Origin: a virus
Taxonomy: Duplodnaviria; Caudoviricetes
Reading direction: 5' to 3' (one strand)
Length of the DNA: 64,000 bases
Virus record (IMG/VR): IMGVR_UViG_3300032312_002284
Span: 22,156-86,155 of that record
Shown: piece by piece, positions 10,189 through 21,400 of the stretch
How the letters are laid out: each line of letters begins with the position of its first letter
Position numbering within the stretch: the first letter of the stretch is position 1
Notes under the pieces: model-generated
Databases searched by the model: none
Seen by the model: only the letters and a program-made list of their open reading frames with translations
What the model was told of the DNA's origin: nothing
Made by a program: the position numbers and the translations under genes

Positions 10189-11013
10189 ATGGAAAAATTA
10201 TTTTTTCAGAGTTCACTACCACGAGCAGGTAGTACTCTACTACAAAACATTTTAGCTCAAAATCCTAACATATACGCAACACCGACAAGTGGTGTTTTAG
10301 AATTAGTGTACGCAGCTAGAGCAAACTATAGTAATTCACCTGAATTTAAAGCTCAGGACCCTGAACTTATGAAAAATGGATTTTTATCTTTTTGTAGAGA
10401 AGGATTGAAAGGTTTTTATGAAGGTGTAACTGATAAAAAGTATGTGATTGATAAAAGTAGAGGATGGGGAGTCCATTATGGATTTTTACAACAAATTGTT
10501 GATAAACCAAAAGTTGTTTGTATGGTGAGAGACCTTAGAGATATCTATACCTCTATGGAAAAAAACTTTAGAAAAAATCAACACAAAGATTTTGGGATTG
10601 TAAATCATTCTGATTTAACAGGTACATCAACACCTAAAAGAATAGATATTTGGGCAAATTCCCAACCAGTTGGAATGGCAATTGAAAGACTTCAAGAAAT
10701 TTTTAGACAGGGTATTAATGAAAATATTATGTTTGTTAAGTATGAAGATTTATGTTTGTATCCCGATTTAATCATGAGAAAAATTTATGAATATTTTGAA
10801 ATACCTTATTTTGAACATGATTTTGAAAACATTGAACAAATAACAAAAGAAGATGATGAAGTGTATGGTATTTTTGGAGACCATAAGATAAAAAAGACTT
10901 TGGAGTTGTTACCGTCAGATTCACAAAAAATTTTAGGGCCGGATGTGTGTGATTGGATTTATAATAATTATGGGTGGTATAATGAAATTTTTAAGTACCC
11001 TAAAAATATATGA
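10189..11013 (+). CDS. PAPS-dependent sulfotransferase
   Basis: Likely start MEKLFF. SLPRAGSTLLQNIL is the 5'-PSB loop, DKSRGW is present, VRDLRDIYTS is the 3'-PB motif, and VKYEDL follows. Confidence 0.85.
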   Translation: MEKLFFQSSLPRAGSTLLQNILAQNPNIYATPTSGVLELVYAARANYSNSPEFKAQDPELMKNGFLSFCREGLKGFYEGVTDKKYVIDKSRGWGVHYGFLQQIVDKPKVVCMVRDLRDIYTSMEKNFRKNQHKDFGIVNHSDLTGTSTPKRIDIWANSQPVGMAIERLQEIFRQGINENIMFVKYEDLCLYPDLIMRKIYEYFEIPYFEHDFENIEQITKEDDEVYGIFGDHKIKKTLELLPSDSQKILGPDVCDWIYNNYGWYNEIFKYPKNI

Positions 11014-11059
11014 TTAATTTATATATTAACAAAGTAATAGGAACGGTATTTATATTTGA

Positions 11060-13429
11060 ATGAGTTGCTATATAACAATATCAAATATAACTGGAGGACC
11101 TCCATATGAAATTACAGTTTGTGACAATTATGGGAATAATTGTTTTTTAGCAGCGTACGAAACATCATATGTTCCCCCAACAATTTATGTTAATATCCCA
11201 TCAGATTGGTCATTACTACCATTTGTTCAAGTGAGTGTCCAAAGTTCAGAAGGATGTGAACAATTACAATTTGTTCAAACAACCCCAACACCTACACCAT
11301 CCCCTACATCAACACCTGTTGTACCAACACCAACACCAAGTATTACTGCAACTATAACTCCAAGTATTACACCTTCAAAATCTATTCCGATACCACCTTA
11401 TTTTCAGGTTCAAAATATTAATGGTGCAAACCCTCAGTCAATAACTTTAAATGCTAAATTAAATAGTAAATTTATCGTAGATTTTGGAGATGGTTCGTCT
11501 CCAATAAATTATTCAATTACTAATCCTTCTTACACTGGCTCTACAAATTTAGTTGTTTTAAGTAAAAGTTATTTACCTTCAGATTATATTACAACAATAT
11601 ATGATTTAAGATATGGTTCACCTACTTTTCCAAATTCCGCTGACGGTTTAAGGGATATATATGTGGATAAAATATCTGAAATTTTTGTGAATGATTATAC
11701 CTTTACCGCGTTTACTAGTTTAGACGGAATATATATTACTAATTCTACTGTCGATACTTTTAAATTTGCATTGACAAATGCCTTTGATGTTTTTACTTAT
11801 CAATACAACTCGGCAACTACTTTTAATTTTGAAATATTAAATCCGACATCTATTACTCAGTTACAGAATGTTTTTTATCGTTATAATAATTTTACTTCGG
11901 CGACTATTAATTATTCGGGATATACTACAGCTTCACGACCTGCCAGAATAGATATTGTCGGGAATTTAAGTTTAACAAATCTTAACTTTGCTCCTCCCCA
12001 AACGGGTGGTGTTTTTTTTATATCTGAAAATGCTCAATTAAATGATATAAATTTTATAACACCATTAAGTTCGAGCACTACAGTTTCAAGAATTGACTTA
12101 CACGCGAATCGTTTTACAGGGTGGACAACAAATTTCCCAACACAAGTTTCCAGAATTGATATGGAACAACAACAGGGTGGACTTAGTTTAGGGGTTAATT
12201 CATTTAAATATTTCTCACCTAATTTGTCAAATAATACTGGTTTAACACAATTGAATTTATATACCAATAGTTTAACTAGTATTACTGAAACTATATCAGG
12301 TTGCACATCATTAACCGATTTAAGAGTTGATAGAAACCAATTAAAGACCCTACCACCTATACTTCCAAATTCTATCACTGACCTAACCGCTAATAGTAAT
12401 TATTTTACAGGGTATACTTCTAATTTCCCAACGTCCATGAATTACTTTAATATTAATAAAGGGACTGGGAACCCTTCATTACCTACTTGGAATGTTGAAA
12501 TTACGGGAGCAACAAATTTACAAACATTTTTGGCTAACTCTGTTGGACTAACTGCGTGGACTAAAAATTTCCCAACCTCAATTGTGACTATAGATTTTAG
12601 TGAAAATAGTCTCACCTCATTCCTTAATTCAATTTCAGGAAACACAAGTTTAGTTACACTATCTCTTAATAATAATAATTTAATTTCAATCCCCCCAATT
12701 TTTCCTAACTCCATTCAAACATTAAGATTACAAAATAATGATTTAACGGGTTATACTAGTAATGTTCCAACATCTTTAGTGACCTTCTCAATTGAAAATC
12801 AATTTGTGATTGGTAACTATATACCTGAATGGACTCAAGAATTGACAGGTTCCACAAATTTGAATTCTTTTGATATAAGTAGAGTTGGACTAACTGGATG
12901 GACTAAGACTTTCCCATCTTCAATACGAACAATCGATTTTAATGGTAATAATCTTACTAATATTAATTTTGGATTAATGACAGGGGCGACTAATATTGAT
13001 TTAGGTGGTAATTTGACTTTAAGTGCTGCGACTAATTTAAGTGCGGTTACAAATTTAGTAACTCTGTCCTTGGACTCAACTGACTTTAAAAATTCGTCAG
13101 ATATTATACAAGGAAATTTTCCTAAAACTCTGAAAAATTTTGATATCAGTATTTCTACTAATTTATCAGGATGGACTAATTCTTTTTCGGCTCTTACAGG
13201 TTTTACTTATGGGTATTTTTTTAGGACAAATTTAAAAACTGCTGCGGTAGATTTCTTGTTAGAAGATTTTTATAAATTAGCAACCGCTAATACATTAACA
13301 AATAAAACTTTATTATTTACTGGAACGTCAATCCCACAACCTGAATCCCCGACAGGAGGTTTATCTAACCCATATTATTTGGCTCTAAAAAGTTCCCCAT
13401 ACAATTGGACAGTAACTGTTAAACCATAA
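11060..13429 (+). CDS. Pro/Thr-linker, leucine-rich-repeat protein, probably virion-associated
   Basis: N-terminal Cys module, then PTPTPSPT linker, then LRR-like repeats (LTQLNLYTNSLT, LTDLRVDRNQLKTLPP, LVTLSLNNNNLISIPP). Confidence 0.65.
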   Translation: MSCYITISNITGGPPYEITVCDNYGNNCFLAAYETSYVPPTIYVNIPSDWSLLPFVQVSVQSSEGCEQLQFVQTTPTPTPSPTSTPVVPTPTPSITATITPSITPSKSIPIPPYFQVQNINGANPQSITLNAKLNSKFIVDFGDGSSPINYSITNPSYTGSTNLVVLSKSYLPSDYITTIYDLRYGSPTFPNSADGLRDIYVDKISEIFVNDYTFTAFTSLDGIYITNSTVDTFKFALTNAFDVFTYQYNSATTFNFEILNPTSITQLQNVFYRYNNFTSATINYSGYTTASRPARIDIVGNLSLTNLNFAPPQTGGVFFISENAQLNDINFITPLSSSTTVSRIDLHANRFTGWTTNFPTQVSRIDMEQQQGGLSLGVNSFKYFSPNLSNNTGLTQLNLYTNSLTSITETISGCTSLTDLRVDRNQLKTLPPILPNSITDLTANSNYFTGYTSNFPTSMNYFNINKGTGNPSLPTWNVEITGATNLQTFLANSVGLTAWTKNFPTSIVTIDFSENSLTSFLNSISGNTSLVTLSLNNNNLISIPPIFPNSIQTLRLQNNDLTGYTSNVPTSLVTFSIENQFVIGNYIPEWTQELTGSTNLNSFDISRVGLTGWTKTFPSSIRTIDFNGNNLTNINFGLMTGATNIDLGGNLTLSAATNLSAVTNLVTLSLDSTDFKNSSDIIQGNFPKTLKNFDISISTNLSGWTNSFSALTGFTYGYFFRTNLKTAAVDFLLEDFYKLATANTLTNKTLLFTGTSIPQPESPTGGLSNPYYLALKSSPYNWTVTVKP

Positions 13430-13476
13430 TGAATTTATTTTTCATAAAACTTAATTACAATTATTTATAATATAAA

Positions 13477-15576
13477 ATGATGTTTGTACCACCATATAAT
13501 TATTTAGTATCCAACTGTTGTGATGGTAATCAATATATCATCAATATGCCAAGTGGTGGACAACCCGGTGAAATGTGGTATATTGAATCGGTTGAGGGTG
13601 TTAATTTTTGTTTTATAATTGAAAATTTAATTGGACCATCCTCTTCAGGATATGATTATGGAGCAAATACTGCGAGTATAGTTTTAAATGCACCGGCAGT
13701 ATGTGGTTCCGCACCGGGTTTTTGTTGTGCGGCTTCAACACCTACACCTACACCAACCAAGACTAAAACACCAACCCCTACACCTACTAAGACTAAAACA
13801 CCAACTCCAACTAAAACTAAAACACCAACCCCGACTAAAACACCAACTCCAACAAAAAGCCCAGCGTTATCCCCAATGGCGACGTTGACTCCTACTCCTA
13901 CCCGAACTCCTACTTTAACTACTACTCCTACAGTTACTCCTTCATTGTCGGTATCAAGGACTCCGTATCCTGAAGTGACATATAGCTCAAGACCATCAGG
14001 TAGAAATGAGTGTGATGTAATTACAATTTACCCAATGGAGGTACAATGTCAGGTAGTTCAAGAACCTTCAGGTATCGGGTATAGTGATGGAATTGTTTCG
14101 TTATTGATTACTGGAGGAACTGCCCCATATACCATACAATGGTCTAATGGGCAAACATCTCAAACATTAAATGGTATATCTTTTGGTTCATATATTGCAA
14201 CTGTTACTGATTATTATAACGATTTTACAACAACAATTACTTGTGGATTTAATATACCAACACAAACCCCAACTTCATCTATTACTCCAACACCAAGTAT
14301 TACAAGTACGGTTACTGTAACCCCTACGAAAACGCCAACACCTGGTCTATCTCCAACAATGACTCCAACCAATACCCCGACACCTTCAGTTAGTCCAAGT
14401 TTTGGAGCTCCATTGACCCCAACACCTTCAATAACTCCATCGATAAGTTCGGGATTTGTTTCTGATTTGTGTATGTCATTTACGTATTGTAAACAATCTT
14501 ATACTATAACTTTTGTTCCAAATGGAACTTATAATTCGTATAATACTTGGATATCTCAAAATGGACAATATACAATAATATATAATGGAACTAATTGGTC
14601 GTTAACAGGATTACCTGTTTGTGGTAACTTAACACCATTAATCATTTCTAACGCTTCTCCATCATCTATCCCAACAACAGGATGGTCATTCTTGGGTGGA
14701 GGAAATAGTACTGGCGGAACTATAAGAGTTACTTTAGGTGATTGTGTTACTTCTCCATTATCTTTAAGTGTTAGTAAAACTGATTCTTGTACAAATAATG
14801 GTACAATATTAGCGACGGCTACAGGTGGATTGTCTCCGTATACGTATTCAATTAATAATATAACTTATCAAAATTCGCCATTATTTAATAATTTAGTTTC
14901 AGGAAATTACACATTATATGTTCAGGATAGTCTTGGTAACGTTGTGAATGTTGGAGTTACAATTTCACAATTATCTTCTCAGAATTATGTTGTGAATTTA
15001 TATGCGGATGGATTACCATTCGGTAATTATTTGTCAACTAATTGGTCAGCTCAACCTGGGTCTTTATTTACTACACCAATTACAAATGGTAGAAATGGTA
15101 TAATAACAATAAACCCGGCATTACCTAATGGTGTGTATATTGAGCTTGATATCGAGTATTCCGAAGCAATAACTCAAAGTCCGATATACCCAATTGAAAC
15201 ACACGTTACATGGGATACGACTGAAACAGTAGTTAATGGATTATTAACATTAGTACCAACTAATGGACCTACAACAAATAACATTGTAAATAACGGTTCG
15301 TGTGGGGGAGCATTTAGTGCGGTATCTACAGTGACAAATGTAAAGAATTACTCTTCAGTACAAATTTATAATACTACAAATATTGATTTATCATTATCTA
15401 TCACTAGTCAATTTATAAGTCAAAATGTTGGTTCGTTGATTTGTAAAGAAAAATTCTCATACCTATTAAAATACACCATTAGAAATGTTAAAATCTACGG
15501 AGCTAGTTGTGCTACAGTAACAATTGGTAATAATAACTTTGGTGCAACTGCCAATTACGGAGTTCAGTTTTTCTAA
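13477..15576 (+). CDS. Pro/Thr-repeat Cys-rich protein with SprB-like repeats
   Basis: TPTPTKTK repeats, and DG...ITGGTAPYTIQWSNGQT and ATGGLSPYTYSIN segments resembling SprB repeats. Confidence 0.6.
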   Translation: MMFVPPYNYLVSNCCDGNQYIINMPSGGQPGEMWYIESVEGVNFCFIIENLIGPSSSGYDYGANTASIVLNAPAVCGSAPGFCCAASTPTPTPTKTKTPTPTPTKTKTPTPTKTKTPTPTKTPTPTKSPALSPMATLTPTPTRTPTLTTTPTVTPSLSVSRTPYPEVTYSSRPSGRNECDVITIYPMEVQCQVVQEPSGIGYSDGIVSLLITGGTAPYTIQWSNGQTSQTLNGISFGSYIATVTDYYNDFTTTITCGFNIPTQTPTSSITPTPSITSTVTVTPTKTPTPGLSPTMTPTNTPTPSVSPSFGAPLTPTPSITPSISSGFVSDLCMSFTYCKQSYTITFVPNGTYNSYNTWISQNGQYTIIYNGTNWSLTGLPVCGNLTPLIISNASPSSIPTTGWSFLGGGNSTGGTIRVTLGDCVTSPLSLSVSKTDSCTNNGTILATATGGLSPYTYSINNITYQNSPLFNNLVSGNYTLYVQDSLGNVVNVGVTISQLSSQNYVVNLYADGLPFGNYLSTNWSAQPGSLFTTPITNGRNGIITINPALPNGVYIELDIEYSEAITQSPIYPIETHVTWDTTETVVNGLLTLVPTNGPTTNNIVNNGSCGGAFSAVSTVTNVKNYSSVQIYNTTNIDLSLSITSQFISQNVGSLICKEKFSYLLKYTIRNVKIYGASCATVTIGNNNFGATANYGVQFF

Positions 15577-15607
15577 CATAAAATTTAGATTTGAATAATT
15601 ATTATAT

Positions 15608-17791
15608 ATGGGTTATATATTACAAAACACATCAGGACTAATCTCAACTAGAATTACAGATGTTGGTAGAAGAAAGATTTCACAAGGAAATTTAAACATC
15701 CAATATTTCCAAATAGGTGATAGTGAAGTTTCTTACACTGGAGTTACTAACTCAGTATCAACAACTTCTAAAGTTTTGATGCCACCATATAACGCTCAAA
15801 ATAATACTGGATACCCACAATCTACAAAAAATTATATTAAGTATCCGTACTATATGCAAGGTACTTCGGGTAATACCTACGGTATACCTTACATGGAATC
15901 TGAATATGTTTCAATCTATAACTCCGCAGAACCAAGAGGATTTTTTTCTGGAGATTCAAGTTGTTGGTATGTACAACCTTGTTCGGCGTATACTATTAAC
16001 AGTACATTTGAAACTAATACTACATTACTTGACGGGGGAATATTAATATCTGGAGTTACAAATCCTTTAGCGTGTGATTCCACTGCAAACGGAACTATTG
16101 AAGTTGGTGATTTTGTTACAATTTTCTATAACCAATCAGACCTTTGTTCATGTTATCAATCTTGTTACCCAACTCTTACTTATAGAGTGACTTACTACGA
16201 TTCAGGTACTAATTTAATAGGTTTGGACAGACCATGTATTAATTTTACGACTTTATCAACCACTGCGAATTCAAGAATAATGGTGTATCCTTCAGGGATG
16301 ACTGAACTTTATGATACAATTACACCTGCAGGACATTGGAACGACGATGTTGTGAATTATGAATCTTTATGTTATACAGACCAAATTTCTTCACTTGTTT
16401 GGAACATGAATATAATATGGAGTCAGAGTATTGCAGGTCTTAATAACGCGGTTTATCAAGATTACAATTATTATACTTCAAAAGACTACATAGGTACAAA
16501 AGAATATTTAGGTTACATGAGTTCTTTAGGACAATCGGCAAGTACTGAAGTGTTCTATTTTAATTCATATGATGAACCGATTACGGTAACTCCTGAAGAA
16601 CAAAAATCAATTGCTGTAATACATTTTACAAATCAAGCGATAAATAATTTTTATGGTGAAAAATTTGCAGTTGAAGAGTATGACCCAAATAACCCTGGAG
16701 AATCAGGACAAGCTAGAAATTTTAAATTCCATGTCCCAACTTTAATGTGGCATAAAAGTGATAATTGTTGTTTAGGTGAAACTTTTTATATTGACCCACC
16801 TGTAAATGGGGGAGGATTTATGGAACAGGGATTACTTTACTCAAGTAAAAATTCAGATATGAATAATCCTGGTATTAGATACTACACTCTTTGGGACAAT
16901 TATTTAAATACTGGAGGTACACCAAGTAGAATTGGTAAAGTATTTCCTGATGACCAATTAGTTGTTATTGATGACGCTGAAATAATTTCGGCATTATCCT
17001 ATAAATCAAATAGGAATTGGACTTTACCCGCTCCAAAAGTAACATTAGTTGCTCCTAACATATGTAATGGAGATATTACAAGTACAGGTGTTCTAAGTGG
17101 GGACGGGGAAACCTTATGGGTTTCATATGGTTTTTATAATAACGGGACGTTTACAAATTCTTTACATTGTCAATACTATCAAAAAATACAAGGACCAGCT
17201 AGTGGATGTACTAACTACGCTATGGATGTTTCATTAATATTTAACAATGAATTTGGATGTATGAATGTTGATGGGGTTACAGGATTCGTTGCGGAAGAGT
17301 TTTACGTTATTGCTCAGAAAGTTACAACAGGACAACACCCAAATCCAAATCTTTGGAGAGAAATTGATTTTACTAACCAACTAAGTGGATATACAATCGG
17401 TGGATATATTAATCCACAAGGGTTATATCAAAGTACGTTTACAATAACGTCTGATTTATATGATAATGCATCAATTCATAATATGGGTACTGTTTTATAT
17501 ATACCAACATTAGGTAGTAGTGGAGGTTTAAATTTTGGTGATGAATATTATTTTTACGGTAATATTGAAACTGATATACAAGCGACCATCTATGAAATGA
17601 AGTATAGGATTAATTTACCTTCAGGAATGTTTGTAAATAGTAGTAATCCATCTTGGAATAATTCATTAACTCCACATTTTAATGAAATCGGTCTTTACGA
17701 TTCTGATAATGACCTTATTTTTATATCAAAAATGCAAAGACCTACTCAAAGAAGTGGTATACAGCAGATAATGATTAAATACGATTTTTAA
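15608..17791 (+). CDS. Putative baseplate/tail structural protein
   Basis: N-terminal TRITDVGRRKISQG...FQIGDSEV and C-terminal FNEIGLYDSDNDLIFISK resemble tail/baseplate proteins of large phages. Confidence 0.45.
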   Translation: MGYILQNTSGLISTRITDVGRRKISQGNLNIQYFQIGDSEVSYTGVTNSVSTTSKVLMPPYNAQNNTGYPQSTKNYIKYPYYMQGTSGNTYGIPYMESEYVSIYNSAEPRGFFSGDSSCWYVQPCSAYTINSTFETNTTLLDGGILISGVTNPLACDSTANGTIEVGDFVTIFYNQSDLCSCYQSCYPTLTYRVTYYDSGTNLIGLDRPCINFTTLSTTANSRIMVYPSGMTELYDTITPAGHWNDDVVNYESLCYTDQISSLVWNMNIIWSQSIAGLNNAVYQDYNYYTSKDYIGTKEYLGYMSSLGQSASTEVFYFNSYDEPITVTPEEQKSIAVIHFTNQAINNFYGEKFAVEEYDPNNPGESGQARNFKFHVPTLMWHKSDNCCLGETFYIDPPVNGGGFMEQGLLYSSKNSDMNNPGIRYYTLWDNYLNTGGTPSRIGKVFPDDQLVVIDDAEIISALSYKSNRNWTLPAPKVTLVAPNICNGDITSTGVLSGDGETLWVSYGFYNNGTFTNSLHCQYYQKIQGPASGCTNYAMDVSLIFNNEFGCMNVDGVTGFVAEEFYVIAQKVTTGQHPNPNLWREIDFTNQLSGYTIGGYINPQGLYQSTFTITSDLYDNASIHNMGTVLYIPTLGSSGGLNFGDEYYFYGNIETDIQATIYEMKYRINLPSGMFVNSSNPSWNNSLTPHFNEIGLYDSDNDLIFISKMQRPTQRSGIQQIMIKYDF

Positions 17792-18384
17792 TGTCAAAAA
17801 AAGAACTTAAAAACAATCCTAAAATATTAGGGTTAGATGTGTCTACTAAAACAATAGGTTGGGCACTCTTTGATTTACAAACTAAAGAGTTATTAGAATT
17901 GACTCATATCTCTCCACAACCTAAACCTAAATCAGAAGACAAAATAGAAGAACTTCTTAAAAAATCTGACTTGTTTAAATTGAAATTAGACCAATATAAA
18001 AATTTAGGAATTGTTAAAGTTGTAATTGAAGAACCATTACTTAATTCAAATAATGTGTACACAATAGGAACTCTATTAAGATATAACACTTTAATAACTA
18101 AAGAAGTTTACGATGTGTTAGGAATTGTACCTGAATACATATCCACATATAACTCTAGAAAAAACGCATTTCCTGAATTGGTTAAAGAAAATGATAAAGG
18201 TAAATTTGTTTTGTTCGGAGGTTACCCTAAAGACATAGATAAAAAACAAGTCATATGGGAATTGGTTGCAAAACGTGAACCCCAAATAACTTGGTTATAT
18301 ACAAGAAACAATACATTAAAGAAAGAAAACTTTGATATGACAGATGCTTATACTGTGGTATTAAGTTATTTTAATTCTAAATAA
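17791..18384 (+). CDS. ruvC: RuvC-like Holliday junction resolvase
   Basis: ILGLDVSTKTIGW, VVIEEP and FDMTDAY supply the RNase H-fold acidic catalytic residues. Confidence 0.75.
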   Translation: MSKKELKNNPKILGLDVSTKTIGWALFDLQTKELLELTHISPQPKPKSEDKIEELLKKSDLFKLKLDQYKNLGIVKVVIEEPLLNSNNVYTIGTLLRYNTLITKEVYDVLGIVPEYISTYNSRKNAFPELVKENDKGKFVLFGGYPKDIDKKQVIWELVAKREPQITWLYTRNNTLKKENFDMTDAYTVVLSYFNSK

Positions 18385-18403
18385 AAAAAAACTAATAAAA
18401 TTT

Positions 18404-18429
18404 AAGGGTCCTAATTGGACCCTTTTTTT
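18404..18429 (+). terminator. Intrinsic terminator between convergent operons
   Basis: AAGGGTCC-TAATT-GGACCCTT hairpin followed by a T-tract. Confidence 0.85.
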
Positions 18430-18464
18430 ATTTAATGTGTTGTGTAAACTACGATTTATTATGT

Positions 18465-21400
18465 CTATGAAGGACAGTTTGGTGTGTCAGTTATATTCGA
18501 TGCTACCCCAAAATAGTTACCTGTGAATACAATATCTGCAGGATAGTTAGGGTTCCAACCTGGAATTACATTTATAAATGTTACTTTTTTACCTTGTGAA
18601 GGTGAAGTTGGTTGAGATGTAAATCCTTGACCTAAGTTAACATTCAATACTGGTTGAGATTGTATAACAATAATAGGACTTAATGGGTAACTTCTACAAA
18701 CTCTGTATATGTAAGTATATAATTGTGAGGATGGTGTTGGGGTTGTTGTTTTAGTTGGAGTAGGTGTAACCGTATTAGATGGGGTCACTTGAGGACTAAC
18801 ACCTGGAGTACAGAAAACACAATTTAACAAATCTCCTGACTCTATTGAAGTTAACGTATGAGTAGGTGCTTGTGATACACTATCTAAATAAGTAACACAA
18901 TAACTTATATTATTTATGAATACTGAAATTATACCACCTATTGGTATGTCTCCTAAACTTCCTGTTACATAAAATATTTGGTCAGAATTACAGTCAGACA
19001 ATTTTTTAGAAATTGGACATAATAAATTTTGTTCAAACGAATTATAGGTAACAGAACCTGATAATGGTACGTTATATGGAATAGGACTAGTTGTCGGAGA
19101 AGGTGTTGGTGTTTGTGATACTGAAATAGTGAAAGTAGTAGCTGAAACATCTACTGATTTGCCATAACAATATTGAGTTGGTGTAACAGTTGGAGTTGGA
19201 GTTAATGTAGGTGTGGATGTGACGGTATTACTTGGAGTTAATCCTGGGTAAGTTGACCCACCAATTGAACAATCAAATAATGCTTCGAAATAAAAATCAG
19301 AACATGTGTTATCAGATGGTGAAGGTGTTGGTGTAATATAACCAGTATAAAGTATGTCATCACATAAATCAGGACAAATACTATAACAAGGACTTTTACC
19401 TTCAAGGATACAGGATTCTCCTAAATTTGTTGACAAACACCATCTGGTATTTGCTGAACTATAATATATAAAATATTCGTTAGAAGGATTCCAAAAATAA
19501 GCTTCACTGTTATATTCACCATATTGTAAATATACACCATCATATTGAGTATATAATGGGTCATTGGTGTATAATGTATACACTTGTTGAGGACAAATTG
19601 TGTATGTCGTTGGAGTAACCGTTGGAGTAACTGTTGGTGTTGATGTATTAGTTGCGGTTGGTGTTGGTGATTTAAAACTAATTCCTGTTTTAGTTGGTGT
19701 TGGAGTTGGTGTAAATGACGCTGTAACAGTTGGACTTTGAGATGTTGGTGTAACAGTTGCGGTTGGAGTTTTAGTTGAGGTTGGAGTTTTAGTTGGGGTC
19801 GCGGACCTTGGAGGTGTATTTGAAGGAGTGACTGATGGTGTAACTGATGGTGTAACAACGATTGGAGTCGTTGAAAATATTTTAGATGGAGATGATACTC
19901 CACCACTACTACAAATTGCCTCGGTATATACATAAACTGGACCTGTTACGTACCCTCCCATAACAATACTAGCGGGTGAACTACAGCCAACAGTACTTGG
20001 AGTATAACTAATTCCGTCAAATGAATAATAAACTGTTACTGATGTACAATTAACTCCTGCTCCTGACCAAAATACAAAAAACGCATTTGGTGGGGTATGT
20101 AGTACTACATTAGTTATTACAGGTGATATACAAACAGGTGAAGGTGTGACTGTTGATGTCTTAGTTGGAGTTACAGAAGCTTTAACAGGAAATGGAGTAC
20201 TTGTTGCAGTTTTTGTTGGAGTGATAGTTGGTGTCGTAGTTGGAGACGCTCCAAATTTTGGGGTTGTTGATGGAGTTATTGAAGTAGTTGGACTTGGAGC
20301 GACTAATCCTGGAGTTCTTGTTGGGGTTGGGGTTTTAGTTTGAGTTGCGGTTTTAGTTGGTGTTGGACTACCGGGTATTGGAGCTGGTGCTGGTTCTGGA
20401 TTATTTTCTAAGTCAGTTAGGGATATTGTATTACACGCAACTAATGATGCTGCGCCTGCATTAGCTACAGTTGACCCTTGAGGGGTTGTTGACCAACTAC
20501 CTAAATTATATGTTAATTGTAAAATTGGCCCTGAACCGCGGTATAGATAAACATTACCCCCCTTCATAGCAATTCCGTATATGTCAGAATATCCAAAACT
20601 GCCTCCAGAGTTTGTATAACCACCAACTAATACCTCAACTTCAATATTACCTGTTGAACTATATTGTCTTATATAAAAAAATTCATCATCATTTGAGGGA
20701 TTATATTGATATTCTGAAGTAATATATTTACCATTTGATAATATTAAAACGTCACCATTTAAAGTTGAATATAATCCGTTACCTAATGTGAATAATGTGG
20801 TAACAATTGGAACAGTTGGTATCAGGTTTGCCCGATATAAAACCCCATCAGATTCAAATACTACATTATTGTCGTCTATGGCGTCAAACCCTGCCCCTAT
20901 AAAAAAACCGCTAGGTAAAGTTCTGGAGTCTACAAATTGTAAAGTTTGTTTATTATATCTTGAAATTACAAACGAAGCATAACCAAAAAAGTAATTTTGA
21001 GAAACCGCTAAATCAGCAGTTGGAGGAGTACCCCCAACACACGCACCAACTAAAGAGGTTGTCTCAGTTATTGGATTATTCAGGTAAATACTGCCTGCAA
21101 AATTAACATATATTGGACAAGTGTCAGTTCCTGAAGATGGTGTTACTGTTGGTGTTTTTGTTGGTGTTTTTGTTGGTGTCTTTGTTAAAGTTTTTGTTGG
21201 TGTCGGTGTTGGTGTTTTTGTTTTTGTTGGTGTTGGTGTTGGCGATGTACATATAATACTTTCAGATGATAAACAATTTGCGCAATCATTTGTTCCATAT
21301 TTTGTTATTGTAGTTGAAGCAACTGTTGGAGGTCCATATAAAGGTAATGTCCCATTGAATACTGTTGAAAATGAAATAAGAACAAAACAACTTGTAATCT

